A stretch of 64,000 nt of DNA from Elsinoe ampelina (GCA_010093995.1 ML992512.1:815831-879830); one strand, 5' to 3'. Shown: positions 26,025-37,059, counted from the first letter of the stretch. Program-made: numbers and translations. The notes: generated by a model from the letters alone, not told the origin.

Positions 26025-27521
26025 ATGGTGCTCGAAGACTTGCGCTTCATCCATGAGGATAATGAGCGTCTTGAGCAAGCTATAGCCGATCGCTTTAACA
26101 CCGATCCCAAACATGTCCGCGATCGACTTGCGCGCGATCATGAGATTGCCGGCTTCCTCGAGCGGATACGAAACCAATCCGAGCGGGCACTCGACATCTA
26201 CAAGAACTCGAATCAAGCAAAGATAGAAGAGATTCAAGCGATATCGATGGGCCACGAATTAGCAGAATTTGAGAAGAGGTTCGCCGACATCAAGAGCTTT
26301 CACAAGCGATATCCCAATGAGCCGGCCGAGGATCTGGAGAGGACATACAAGCGGAGAGCTGTGGGGGACGATGTGCCATATCCGGTTGGTGTAGACAACA
26401 TGTTCACCGGCGAGGAGTCATACGGCAGATTCTTCGACCTTTTGGCGCTGCATGACGAGTACAACAATCTGCCTGGGCTGAAGAGACGATTAAGCTACCT
26501 GCAGTATCTGGACTCATTCGACAATTTCGATGGCTATGCGAGAGCGGACAAATTCAAGGACGAGTACTTCAAGTATGTCACTGGATTAGCGCGCTATCTC
26601 GAGGACTTTATGAGACGCATCAAGCCGTTGGAGAATCTGGAAAGGCTGTTTGAGAGCTTCGATACGGACTTTGCACGAGCGTGGGAGAAGGACGATGTGG
26701 AAGGATGGCAGAAGCAAGCGAATGGCACAACCAGCAATGGACCGGCTACCCAAGGTTCAGGCGAGGGCGTGTGGTGTCCAGACTGCGAGAAGGAGTTCAA
26801 AACAGACAACGTCTACAAGTCACATCTGACGGGAAAGAAGCACATACGGGCGGCAGAGTCGCGCAAGGTGAGGGGTGAGGAGGGGCTCTCGAACGGCTCA
26901 AATGGTGCAAAGAAAGACGGGGGTGTACAAAGGCTGAAAGAGAAAGCAATAGCGGAACGGGAGTATAGGGTGAAGAAACTTGCTGGGGCGATGCAGACGG
27001 AGCGATCGGATACAAAGGTTAATGTGGAGCGAAAAGCAGGCATGACTGAAAAGGAGCGACAACAGGAGCTCGAAGCGCTCTTCAGCGAAGAGCCGAGTGG
27101 GGTCCCACAGGAAGGAGAGGAAGAAGAGGACGAGGAAGAGCGAAAGGCGAACCCCCTGCACCTACCGCTTGCTTGGGATGGTAAGCCCATCCCGTTCTGG
27201 TTGTACAAGCTCCACGGTTTGGGTCAGGAATTTCCCTGCGAGATCTGTGGTAATTATGTCTACATGGGACGTAGAGCGTTTGAGAAGCACTTTGCGGAAG
27301 CACGGCATCTTTACGGGTTGAAGTGCCTGGGCATCACCAACTCCACGCTGTTCAGGGAGATCACAGGGATTGAGGAGGCTGAGGCATTATGGGAAAAGAT
27401 CCAGCAGGACAAAAAGAAAGAGACGTCACAAACCGACGACGTGATTCAGATGGAGGACAGCTCTGGCAACGTCATGCCTGCGAAAGTGTACTATGATCTG
27501 CAAAAGGCTGGGTTGTTATAG
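26025..27521 (+). CDS. PRP9: Splicing factor SF3a subunit 3 (Prp9/Sap61/SF3a60)
   Basis: FTGEESYGRFFDL, zinc finger CPDCEKEF...HLTGKKH, LPLAWDGKPIPFWLYKLHGL, CEICGNYVYMGRRAFEKHF and YYDLQKAGLL. Confidence 0.95.
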   Translation: MVLEDLRFIHEDNERLEQAIADRFNTDPKHVRDRLARDHEIAGFLERIRNQSERALDIYKNSNQAKIEEIQAISMGHELAEFEKRFADIKSFHKRYPNEPAEDLERTYKRRAVGDDVPYPVGVDNMFTGEESYGRFFDLLALHDEYNNLPGLKRRLSYLQYLDSFDNFDGYARADKFKDEYFKYVTGLARYLEDFMRRIKPLENLERLFESFDTDFARAWEKDDVEGWQKQANGTTSNGPATQGSGEGVWCPDCEKEFKTDNVYKSHLTGKKHIRAAESRKVRGEEGLSNGSNGAKKDGGVQRLKEKAIAEREYRVKKLAGAMQTERSDTKVNVERKAGMTEKERQQELEALFSEEPSGVPQEGEEEEDEEERKANPLHLPLAWDGKPIPFWLYKLHGLGQEFPCEICGNYVYMGRRAFEKHFAEARHLYGLKCLGITNSTLFREITGIEEAEALWEKIQQDKKKETSQTDDVIQMEDSSGNVMPAKVYYDLQKAGLL

Positions 27522-27612
27522 AAGAGGGCATACACGACCGTCAATCGAGAGAGTCCAATGCCGAAGATCACTGATGCCATCGGATAGCAATGCAAGCTAC
27601 TCATGACCACGC

Positions 27613-28584
27613 TCATTTCCCTTTTAGTATCCGCACAGCCTCTGCTGCCTCTCCCACATCTCTGTACATGCCTATCACCTTCAATGTCGTGTTTTGTCCA
27701 TTTGCATCCCTGCGAGCCAACCTCAATGCCGCCCCCAAGTCCAACAGCAACGCATCCCGTACACTCTTGACCCTCGCAGCTTGCGCATCCAAGAACGGGT
27801 GATGTCCGACCCTCTCCATCAAATCCATCAACTGCGCATACAGCCTCACATTCCCCTTCAACTTTCCCAGCCCATCCTCCTCCTCGTCCTCGTCCTCTTC
27901 ATCCTCCTCTTGGCCCTCCCCCTCTCCACCCGCCTTCAATCCCAACCTCCTCTCCAACTCCTCCACCCTCTCCCCCACCTCCAACAACCTCCTCCCTAAC
28001 ACCACCTCCCCCCTCACCCTCCTCCTCTCCCCCACCAACCTCCCCACCTCCTCCTTCCTCCCCTTGACCACAGCCCTCAACCCCTCCACCTCCCTCCCAA
28101 ACCCCAACACCCCGACCCTCACCCCCTCCACCTTCTCCTCCCCTCCCGTGAGCTGCATCCCCACCCCCATGAGATCCTCATACTCCCCGTTCACCAAATC
28201 CACGAGCTCTTTCCCCAGTTCCCTGACGCGATCCCGTAACTCGGTGCGCAGGTCCTCGAGTGTCTGATGCCGGTTCCGGAGCGAGGAGAGGTACTTCTCC
28301 GGTGTGAAAGCGGGGTCGAGGAAGGCGCTGCGCGGGAGAGGGGTGGGGTAGGGGAGGTCGTCGTCGGAGTAGGCGTCTGAGTCGATGGGTGGGGTTGAAG
28401 GGTAGGATTGGGGTGGGGAGGAGGTTGATGGGAGGTGTCGGAGGGCGGTGGGGGTGGTGACGGAGGGAGAGTGGAGGGGGGAGGGGGAGGTGGTGGAGGC
28501 TGGGGTTGAGGAGGGGAGCTGGGAGGGGGGTCAGTGGGGGCGGGTATTGGTGGGATGGGGAGGGCGGACGTAGAATTTGCTCAT
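27613..28584 (-). CDS. COG2: Conserved oligomeric Golgi complex subunit 2; exons 28584-28570 and 28518-27613
   Basis: MSKFY, then intron 28519-28569 (GT..CTGAC..CAG), then an in-frame S/P/T-rich linker and DDDLPYPTPLPRSAFLDPAFTPEKYLSSLRNRHQTLEDLRTELR...LVDLVNGEYEDL (COG2 N-domain). Confidence 0.85.
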
Positions 28585-28913
28585 GATGGCGGAGGTGAGC
28601 TATGGTTTTGTGACATGTGTAGCGTATTGGTGGTATCGAATAGGGTGGTTGAGGTGTGAGGTTTGTTGCTGAGTCAGGCGAGCATGTGAATCTTCCATTG
28701 CTGGGGGATTTGACTTTGTCGATGTAGCACGCCTCTCTTCGCTATCAATTTTTCTGTTACGGAATCTTCGATACATTCAGCACTCGTGATTACTGGCTGC
28801 AGTGTTTTCTTGAAGCCACGTGGCAATCAATGCACATTGTGTTTCGCATTTCATAATCATCCGACTACTTCGATTATCTGTACATAAAGCTATACGAGCA
28901 ATGATACCGCGTA

Positions 28914-29620
28914 TCACACCATCAGCACTGCAATTCCGAGTGCGACTATCATCAATCCGCCGCCAGCGACTCTTCCATTCGATGCTAGTACACAGTCAGG
29001 TACTAGCGTATGAGCAAGGTCGGTCTGAACTTACCATCTGATGTCGACCCACTGGCTGCAGCAGACGGCGCTGTGGCTGTGTTCGTGGACGAAGCGCTTG
29101 TACCTGACGAAGTCTCCTCGGGTCTTGCATTCCCAACCGCGATCGTCATTGTTCCACTTGGTCCGACGGCGACAAAGTCCCCTGTGAATACGGCATCTGA
29201 GGGAAATGCGGTCGGAAACGCCATAGATGTCCAGCTCCGACCTGTTGGTGAGAAACTGCTTGTGCTACTGCTCGTATCGGGCGTGTCTGCCGCCTGAGTG
29301 AATCCTGTTGGTTGATTGAAGTCGAGGGATCCAACGTCTGTTGATCTAGTGGGCAAGCTGTAGGTCGTTGTGATGGTCGCAGGACCCGGACCATCTGCGA
29401 GTACACAATATTCTTGGCCCACTTGCATGCCATTTTCGCATCCCGGACCAAGGGATGGGTTCATAGCTATGAGCTCAGCGACATTGGGTCCCCAACCCAC
29501 GCTGAAGTTCTGACAATTGTCGCCATCCTTGGCAGGAACCGAAAACTCGCAGTAGGCTGCTATCGCGATGTTGATATAGACGAGGCTAAGAAGTACAGTA
29601 GTAAGACCGGGACGATGCAT
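28914..29620 (-). CDS. Secreted, probably GPI-anchored single-LysM-domain protein; intron 28985-29034
   Basis: Signal peptide. Fungal LysM consensus C..V.AKDGDNC..F...WG..VAELIAMNPSLG.GC..GMQVGQEYCV. S/T-rich stalk. Spliced hydrophobic tail ASNGRVAGGGLMIVALGIAVLMV*. Confidence 0.8.
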
Positions 29621-30202
29621 CTTGGTGTTGGGACATCAAAGTCAGAGAGCGAGGGTACGAAAGAACGTGGGAACGTGCAAAACAGACCTGCAAACACCTA
29701 CTTTAAAAACATGAGGTCTTCCGGTGAGAGATGTGGTAGCCAAGACGTGCGGCGCCCCATAGTGCGCGCTATGTAAAATGAGGTGTTGACTGTGCCACAT
29801 GGCACTTGTTGCATTCCTAAGGTGTGTCAAGAAGTGGTGATCTGACGTGTACCAGAACGTCAGTGAACAATGCCTTAATACAGAGTGGACAGATCTCGAA
29901 CTTGCGGAGGATGAGGGTGAAGAAGGAACCTTCACCCCGATCGGCATTTTGGAGAAGCGCCCGGGCGGCTCTCGCGGCTCGCTGCACCTCAGGCCCAATG
30001 ACGGCAGGCGGACTTTCAAGCTCGAGTAAACTCACCTCCTTGTAAGACTAGTCTGACAGTCAGCCTTCTCGGGCTCACCTTTGTCACCTCTGCAATGCTC
30101 CGAGTTCTCTGAGACTGCGTGTTCCTTAGAGACATCCTCCGCACTGGTCCAAAGCCCACTTGAGCTGCGGAATTGCTTACAGAATCGAAAACCGAGCAGA
30201 AG

Positions 30203-31951
30203 ATGGCCAATCTGGTGGAACAGCTCGACGCGCAAATCGCCGCCTTCTTCTCGTCATGGAACCTCTACACCACTATCCTGGCCGTTGCCCTCGCAGGCCT
30301 AGTCCTCTATCCTCTCATCTTCACTGAAGAACCCGACACACATCCGCTGCTCTTGGCCCGGCAAGCCCGACCATCACCGGTCAGAAAGCCCAAGGAATCA
30401 GCGATATACCGATCCATGGACGCTTCACATGGCTATCCTCTACGATCTGGTCTCAATGTGCAGGATCCGGGTGCTCCGAGATGGGCTGCTGGAAGAGATG
30501 GTGACGTGCGAGATATCTGGAGAAGTGCGATTACTGGTGGTCAGAATGGAGAGAAGGGTCTGATCATGACCGTCTATGGCAAAGAATCTGCGGAAGAACA
30601 TTCCTTTGCGGATATTTCGAAGGAGATCAATGCGATTGGGCAGCACCTGAAGAAGACTGGCAGCAAGGTAGCGATTTACTTGCCAAACTGCGTCGAATAT
30701 CTCTCCACTGTTTTCGGTAAGGTTGCTCGATCAAGTAGAGACATTCGACTAAGACAAAGCAGCTTGTGCTTTTTACGGTCTCTCCCCTGTCTTGATACCA
30801 TACAATCAGCCCCACGACATTGTAGTTGATCTTATTCACAAGACAGGCTCGGACAATCTTGTAGCCGCCGCCGGATCCCTGCCCCTAGAACTATTGAGCA
30901 AGTCGAAGATCAGCAATGTCACGTGGGTCGTTGAGAAGACAAGCCGCCATATGGACTGGACTGCTGGTAAGAGTGGCAAGAAGGTCTCGGTTTGGCACGA
31001 CATTGCAACACAGAGCAACGCCACTTCTGAATTGCCTAGTGACGACACCAAGCCTGGCAACCTGACTCAGATCTGGATGACGAAGCAAGGTAAGCCTGGA
31101 AAGATTACAGAATTTACTCAAGGAGTAAGTCCACCTTCTGCGATGTGAGGGCTATCATGCTGACTAGTGTGAAGAACATTGTGGCTGCAACTGCTGGCTT
31201 GGGAATAGCAATTCCGCAACGACAGCGCTTGACCACTGCGGACCTCGTTCTGCCTATCGACTCCTTCAGCCAAGTCTATGTGCTCTGTCAAACATTTGCT
31301 GCCCTCTACTCGCATGCTTCTCTGGCTATCAATTCTGTCGCTGGTCCAGGAGTGGATCTAGCTCTAGCATCTCGGACTGTTTCACCGACTGTGGTCATCG
31401 CGTCCGCAGAGACACTCGCCGCCATGCATAAGCGTGAGACTTCGGCTATCACAAACGGTATGCAGAAGTTTGCACTGGGCACCCAATCGCAAGCCATGTC
31501 CGCAGGACGCATGCCGACAGACACTCTTCTGTTCAAATTGCTGGGGCCTGGCGGGTCAAGTTCGACCGCCGCACCGGGCAAGCTCAGGCTTATCTTGGCA
31601 GCAGAACGTGCGGGTACCGACGCTCCAGTCATCAGCAGCAGTATGCTTAGTGATCTGCGCATCTTCACGAGAGCAAGAATCTGCTACGCTCTGACTGCCC
31701 CTGAGGTTGCTGGAGCTGTGGCGCAGACCAACATCTACGATTACCGGATTGAGGCAGCGCCCGGCCATAGCCATTTTGGTGTGCCACTGGCATGCTGCGA
31801 GATCAAGCTGGTAAGCGCAAACGATAAAGACGTAGATGGTAGTACTCCAGAGGGAGAGATTGTGGTATCTGGTCCAGCAGTGGTTGGCGCCGAGGCTAGG
31901 TTGGGCATTCAGGGACGAATTCGTGAGGACTGTACCCTTGCATACGCGTAA
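30203..31951 (+). CDS. Membrane-anchored AMP-binding/long-chain acyl-CoA-synthetase-like protein (degenerate); introns 30717-30762 and 31125-31174
   Basis: N-terminal TM segment, DTHPLLLARQA..SPVR..ESAIYRS, VAIYLPNCVEYL, HFGVPLACCEIKL and EGEIVVSGPAV. Three ORFs are joined in frame by canonical introns. Confidence 0.75.
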
Positions 31952-32054
31952 AGCAACATGCTTGCAGCGACAAAATGAATTGGCTTCTAGATAGCAAGCG
32001 TAGCCCAAAGCATATTCCAATGGACATTTCCAAAGCGGCTCGGTGTTTGATGTT

Positions 32055-32173
32055 CCGGAGGGGGGTCCTCAATTCCTCCGCCTGGCCCCCACCTAGCCCC
32101 GCTAAACCAACCTCTCCTCTCATCAAAAGACCTACCATGAGCAGCTATAGCTTCCTAAAGCAATCAGGCTAAA
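32055..32173 (+). promoter_or_regulatory. Candidate XlnR site (GGCTAAA 32167-32173) and several CreA SYGGRG sites upstream of the alpha-xylosidase
   Basis: GGCTAAA lies ~140 bp upstream of the ATG. CreA matches: CCGGAG 32055, CTCCGC 32076, CCCCAC 32087 and CCCCGC 32097. These are short motifs, supported mainly by gene function. Confidence 0.5.
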
Positions 32174-32312
32174 TTGACTATTGTCCAACATGTGATTGCT
32201 ATGCAGATCTTTTGGATATCATGTAAGTACAGTAAACATTTCCTTCCTCCCTCTTCCGCCGACCTCAACTTTCCTCCTCGCCCCGAGCATCTCCCCCAGC
32301 ACCACCACAACC

Positions 32313-34445
32313 ATGAAGTTCCGCGACGGCATGTGGCTCCCCGCCGTGGACAAACACGTCGAATACGCCGAAGAAGTCTACGAAGCCCTCCCGTCCCCCA
32401 ACGGCCACTCCCTCTCCCTCCTCTGCCCGACCCGCCAGATCCACTCGCGCGGCGACTCCCTCAACCGACCCACCATCACCGTCGACCTCGAAGCCATCGC
32501 CGACGGCATCATCTCCGTGACGGCCACCCACTGGCACGGCGCCCTGGACAAAGGTCCGCATTACGACCTCTTCCCCGCGGGTCGGCCAGAGGTGCACGCG
32601 CGCATCGAGACGACCGACGCCGCGACGGTGCTGCATGCCGGCGACGTCAGGGCGGAAGTATCCCGCGAACCGCACGCGTTCGGGATCAAGTTCAAGGGCG
32701 CGGGAGGGGAACACCTGACCGAGCTCGGCGGGCGGAGCGTGGCGTTCGCGTACGATCCTCCACCGGGGAACCAGCATGCCGTGGAGTCGTTGCGGACGCC
32801 GGTGGAGACGAAGCATTTCATGTTGACGCAGACGACGCTGGCGGTGGGGGAAGGGGTGTTTGGTCTTGGGGAACGGTTCGGGGCATTCAACAAGGTGGGG
32901 CAGTCGGTGTCGTTGTGGAATGCGGACGGGGGGACGTCGAGTGATCAGGCGTATAAGAATGTGAGTTTTTGGATGAGTAATAGGGGGTATGGGGTTTTTA
33001 TCGATCATTTGGAGAATGTGGATTTGGAGATTGGGAGTGAGAGGAGTTGTAGGGTGCAGACGAGCGTGGAGGGGCAGAGGTTGAGGTGGTATGTGATTTA
33101 TGGTGGGGGGAGGGGGCCCAAGGGGGTGTTGGAGAGGTATACACAGTTGACGGGAAGGGCGAAGTTGATGCCGGAGTGGAGTTATGGATTGTGGTTGAGT
33201 ACGAGTTTCACGACGGAATACGATGATGCGACGGTCAAGAGTTTCTTGGACGGGATGAGGGAGAGGGAAATCGAGGTCAGTGTGTTCCATTACGATTGCT
33301 ACTGGTTGCGGGCATTCAGGTGGTGCGACTTCACTTTCGATCCGGAAAAGTTCCCAGACCCGGAAGGGAGCATCAAGAGTGTGAAGCAGGGTGGCACAAA
33401 GGCAGTCAGTGTTTGGACCAACCCGTACATCTCGCAAAGGACGGAGCTGTTTCAAGAGGCGGTCGAGAAGGGATACTTGGTGAAGAGGACAAATGGAGAC
33501 GTGTGGCAATGGGATCTCTGGCAGACTGGTATGGGACTGGTCGACTTTACCAACCCCGATGCTTGCACATGGTATGCTGGTATCATCACGAAGCTACTCG
33601 AGATGGGTGTGGACAGCATCAAGACCGACTTTGGCGAGCGGATTCCCACAAAAGACGTCAAGTGGTTCGACGGAAAGGTGGACAACCAGCGGATGCACAA
33701 CTGGTATGCCTTCATCTACAACAAATGTGTATACGAAGCGGTGGAGAAGTTCAAGGGTGAGAACAACGCCGTACTGTTCGCTCGAGCTGCCTGTGCAGGA
33801 ACACAACGATATCCCCTGGTCTGGGGCGGCGACTGCGAGTCCACATTCGAAGCTATGGCGGAGAGCTTACGAGGTGGTCTGAGTCTTGGTCTCTGCGGGT
33901 ACAGCTTCTGGAGTGTTGATATTGGAGGCTTCGAAGGTACACCACCGCCGGCTGTATACAAGAGATGGGTGCAGTTTGGCCTTCTTTGCAGTCACTCTCG
34001 ACTGCATGGAAGCAACAGCTATAGGGTGCCGTGGCTCGTGGATGATGATGATAAGAGTGATCAGGGCTGCACCGCAGTCCTCAGGAAGATGACCAAAACG
34101 AAAGCCACCCTGATGCCATACCTTCTCAGCCAGGCGGAAGAAGCAGCAGCCAATGGCCTTCCACTCAGTGTGAGGGCAATGGGTATTGAGTTCCCAGACG
34201 ATCGGACAGCTTGGAGTTGCGACCAGCAATTCATGCTTGGTAGTCAGCTACTTGTCGCGCCAGTCTTCACCGAGGAAGGAGAGGTCGATGTCTATCTGCC
34301 TGAAGGCAAATGGACCAGCTTCTGGGATAGCAGTGTGACAAAGGAAGGGCCGAGATGGTACAAGGAGAAGCATGACTTTACCACGTTACCGCTATACATT
34401 AGGCCAGGTGCGGATCTGCAGCTAGCCGAGGCAAAGTCCTCATGA
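32313..34445 (+). CDS. GH31 alpha-xylosidase (YicI-like), intracellular
   Basis: MKFRDGMW start, YGLWLSTSFTTEYD, VFHYDCYW, catalytic IKTDFGERIP, WSVDIGGF and LLCSHSRLHG. Intronless, no signal peptide. Confidence 0.92.
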   Translation: MKFRDGMWLPAVDKHVEYAEEVYEALPSPNGHSLSLLCPTRQIHSRGDSLNRPTITVDLEAIADGIISVTATHWHGALDKGPHYDLFPAGRPEVHARIETTDAATVLHAGDVRAEVSREPHAFGIKFKGAGGEHLTELGGRSVAFAYDPPPGNQHAVESLRTPVETKHFMLTQTTLAVGEGVFGLGERFGAFNKVGQSVSLWNADGGTSSDQAYKNVSFWMSNRGYGVFIDHLENVDLEIGSERSCRVQTSVEGQRLRWYVIYGGGRGPKGVLERYTQLTGRAKLMPEWSYGLWLSTSFTTEYDDATVKSFLDGMREREIEVSVFHYDCYWLRAFRWCDFTFDPEKFPDPEGSIKSVKQGGTKAVSVWTNPYISQRTELFQEAVEKGYLVKRTNGDVWQWDLWQTGMGLVDFTNPDACTWYAGIITKLLEMGVDSIKTDFGERIPTKDVKWFDGKVDNQRMHNWYAFIYNKCVYEAVEKFKGENNAVLFARAACAGTQRYPLVWGGDCESTFEAMAESLRGGLSLGLCGYSFWSVDIGGFEGTPPPAVYKRWVQFGLLCSHSRLHGSNSYRVPWLVDDDDKSDQGCTAVLRKMTKTKATLMPYLLSQAEEAAANGLPLSVRAMGIEFPDDRTAWSCDQQFMLGSQLLVAPVFTEEGEVDVYLPEGKWTSFWDSSVTKEGPRWYKEKHDFTTLPLYIRPGADLQLAEAKSS

Positions 34446-34723
34446 TGGGTTGATAAATGATACGTGAGTAACGTGGAAAACTCAAGAATGTCCACCTTAC
34501 TCACGTATATCGGCGAAGACGCTGATATTATTCCTCCACCCGCATTCTTAATGCTCTGGAGCTCTTCTAGCTTCCCCCACATCACGTCATCATGCATGAG
34601 ATGCTCAGATTCGCCCTGATGCCGTTCAGTAACTAAATCCGATTGTATATAGTACCACTAGATCCATCCAGATCTGAAAGGCTACTTGACATCTCTCGAG
34701 CTGTCCTATCAATCACACTCGAT

Positions 34724-35575
34724 ATGGCACCTACAGCAGTCTTCCGCGCCGGTGCAAATGCCCTCATCACCGGCGGCGCCAGTGGCGTAGGACTGGCAGT
34801 TGCTAAATTATGCGCTTCTCACGACATGAACGTACTTCTGGTGGACGTCAACAAGACGAAACTGGAAGAAGCCAAATCTGCCATCTCCAGCTCCTCCAAA
34901 GGATCTGTATCAGTGCACGAGCTTGATGTGTCGAACGAATCCGCCTGGAAGTCGTTACGACAATCATTGCAGAAGTCATCGACCACGCTGGACTTGTTGC
35001 ACCTCAATGCAGGCATTGGAGCCAACGCATCGTGGACTGATACGAGCTATTTCCACAAGATCTTTGACACAAACTTCTTCGGCGTCATCAATGGCATATC
35101 TACATTCTTGCCAGACTTCCAAGGCGAGCAGTCTGAGCAGAAGTCGATCGTCATCACTGGGTCGAAGCAGGGCATCACGAATCCACCAGGCAATCCAGCA
35201 TACAATGCGAGCAAGTCTGCCATCAAGACTATTGCTGAGCACTTGAGCTTTGATTTGTCAAAGTCAAGTCCGAAGACCAGTGTGCATTTGCTTGTGCCTG
35301 GCTGGACGTTTACGGGATTGACTGGTGGTGGCAAAACCACGACCAAGCCGGATGGAGCATGGGCGCCAGAGCAAGTGGCAGATTACTTGTATCAGAAGAT
35401 GAGCGATGGCAAGTTCTACGTCATCTGCCCAGATAATGATGTAGACTGGGAGACAGATCGGAAGAGGATGACTTGGGCAATGGGCGATATTGTGTACGAA
35501 CGACAGGCGTTGAGCAGGTGGCGAGACGACTCCAAAGACGAGTCGAAGAAAGGCATCGAGAATCTGAGGCTGTAG
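34724..35575 (+). CDS. Short-chain dehydrogenase/reductase
   Basis: TGGASGVG, LNAG, GSKQG and YNASK motifs. Confidence 0.9.
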   Translation: MAPTAVFRAGANALITGGASGVGLAVAKLCASHDMNVLLVDVNKTKLEEAKSAISSSSKGSVSVHELDVSNESAWKSLRQSLQKSSTTLDLLHLNAGIGANASWTDTSYFHKIFDTNFFGVINGISTFLPDFQGEQSEQKSIVITGSKQGITNPPGNPAYNASKSAIKTIAEHLSFDLSKSSPKTSVHLLVPGWTFTGLTGGGKTTTKPDGAWAPEQVADYLYQKMSDGKFYVICPDNDVDWETDRKRMTWAMGDIVYERQALSRWRDDSKDESKKGIENLRL

Positions 35576-35943
35576 AGGCCGATATCCGTGATGCGGCTCA
35601 ACAAGTAGAGACGCCGGCACAAATGGCAGGAAGGCAGTCGATCAAACTGACAAATGAGCAAGCATTTCATCGCCGTTACCGCCGCAAACACCGTGTTGGA
35701 CTCAGTACGGAGTATATATTGGCCAATCGTGTGTCGTGATGTCACTGCCGAATGAAGAAGGTGGGGATGTGTTTTTCTGGGGGCCTCCATCGAAATCGGA
35801 GGAGCTCCACTGCCGGACAACCAGCTGCTCCAAAAAATTGCGTGACGCCTCAAGAGGTCCATCTTCACCGCTATCCATGCTCTTCTTCCTTCAATTCCAC
35901 TCTACACCTTCCCCAAAATAACAGAGACACTACCACATCCAAC

Positions 35944-37059
35944 ATGCCTGTCGTCGAATCCAAGTATGACCCGAAGGACATGGTGAGTAGCTTCTCCAAA
36001 TTACAGGATACCCTGCACGAGCAAACAACTGATTGAATGCTACAGGTCTTTCGCCACCTCGGCCCCACTGGTCTGAAGGTGTCCATCTTCTCCCTTGGAG
36101 GCTGGTTGACATACGGTGGTACTCAGAAGGGTGACATTGTCAAGCAATGTCTCGAGACTGCCTGGAGCCACGGTGTGCAGACCTTTGACACTGCTGAGGT
36201 CTACGCCAACGGAGAGTCCGAGGTTGAGATGGGTCGCGCCTTGAAAGAGCTAGCCTGGCCGCGTGACGAGTACGTCCTGACCACAAAGGTCTTCTTTGGA
36301 ACTGGACGCAAGGAGCCAAACACTCGTGGTCTGAGCTGGAAGCACATCGTCGAGGGTCTCAAGAGCTCGCTCAAGCGTATGGACCAGCCGTACGTCGACA
36401 TCGTCTTTGCCCACCGTCCGGATTATGCCACACCAATGAAGGAGATTGTCGAAGGCTTCACACAGGTCATTCGCAATCTCAACCTCGCCTACTACTGGGG
36501 TACCTCGGAATGGAGCGCTACTCAGATCATGGAGGCTACTCAGATCGCTGAGAAGTACAATCTGATTGCGCCCGTTGTCGAGCAGCCTCAATACAACGCC
36601 TTCCACCGTGAGCGATTCGAGGTCGAGTACGCTCCTCTTTTCGATCAGTTCAAGTACGGCACTACCATCTGGTCTCCTCTCGCTTCTGGTCTGCTTACCG
36701 GAAAGTACAACGATGGTATCCCAGAGGGTTCTCGATTCGCCAACCACAAGGACTTCTTCGACAACACCGTCAAGTCTCTCCAGACCGATGAAGGCAAGGC
36801 CAAGATCGAGAAGGTCAAGAAGCTCACCACTATCGCCGAGAAGCTCGGTGGCACCCCGACTCACCTTGCGCTCGCCTGGGCCGCGAAGAACCCTAATGTC
36901 AGCACTGTCATTCTCGGAGCGACGAAAGTCGAGCAGATCGAGGATAACCTCAAGGCATTGAAGTTGCTCGACAAGCTGACCCCAGAGATCATGGAGGAGA
37001 TCGAGGGAGTCCTTGACAACAAGCCAGCGAAGCCCCCAAGCTTTGGTCGTGACAGGTAA
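35944..37059 (+). CDS. Aldo-keto reductase, Kv-channel beta-subunit-like family; intron 35983-36045
   Basis: [38 protein letters not shown] and [14 protein letters not shown]. Strong codon bias. Confidence 0.92.

Noticed and set aside
32265..33509. 414-aa antisense ORF over the GH31 gene (similarly 58970-59959 over the Idh-like gene)
   Set aside because: Shadow ORFs caused by biased third positions, with no recognisable motifs.
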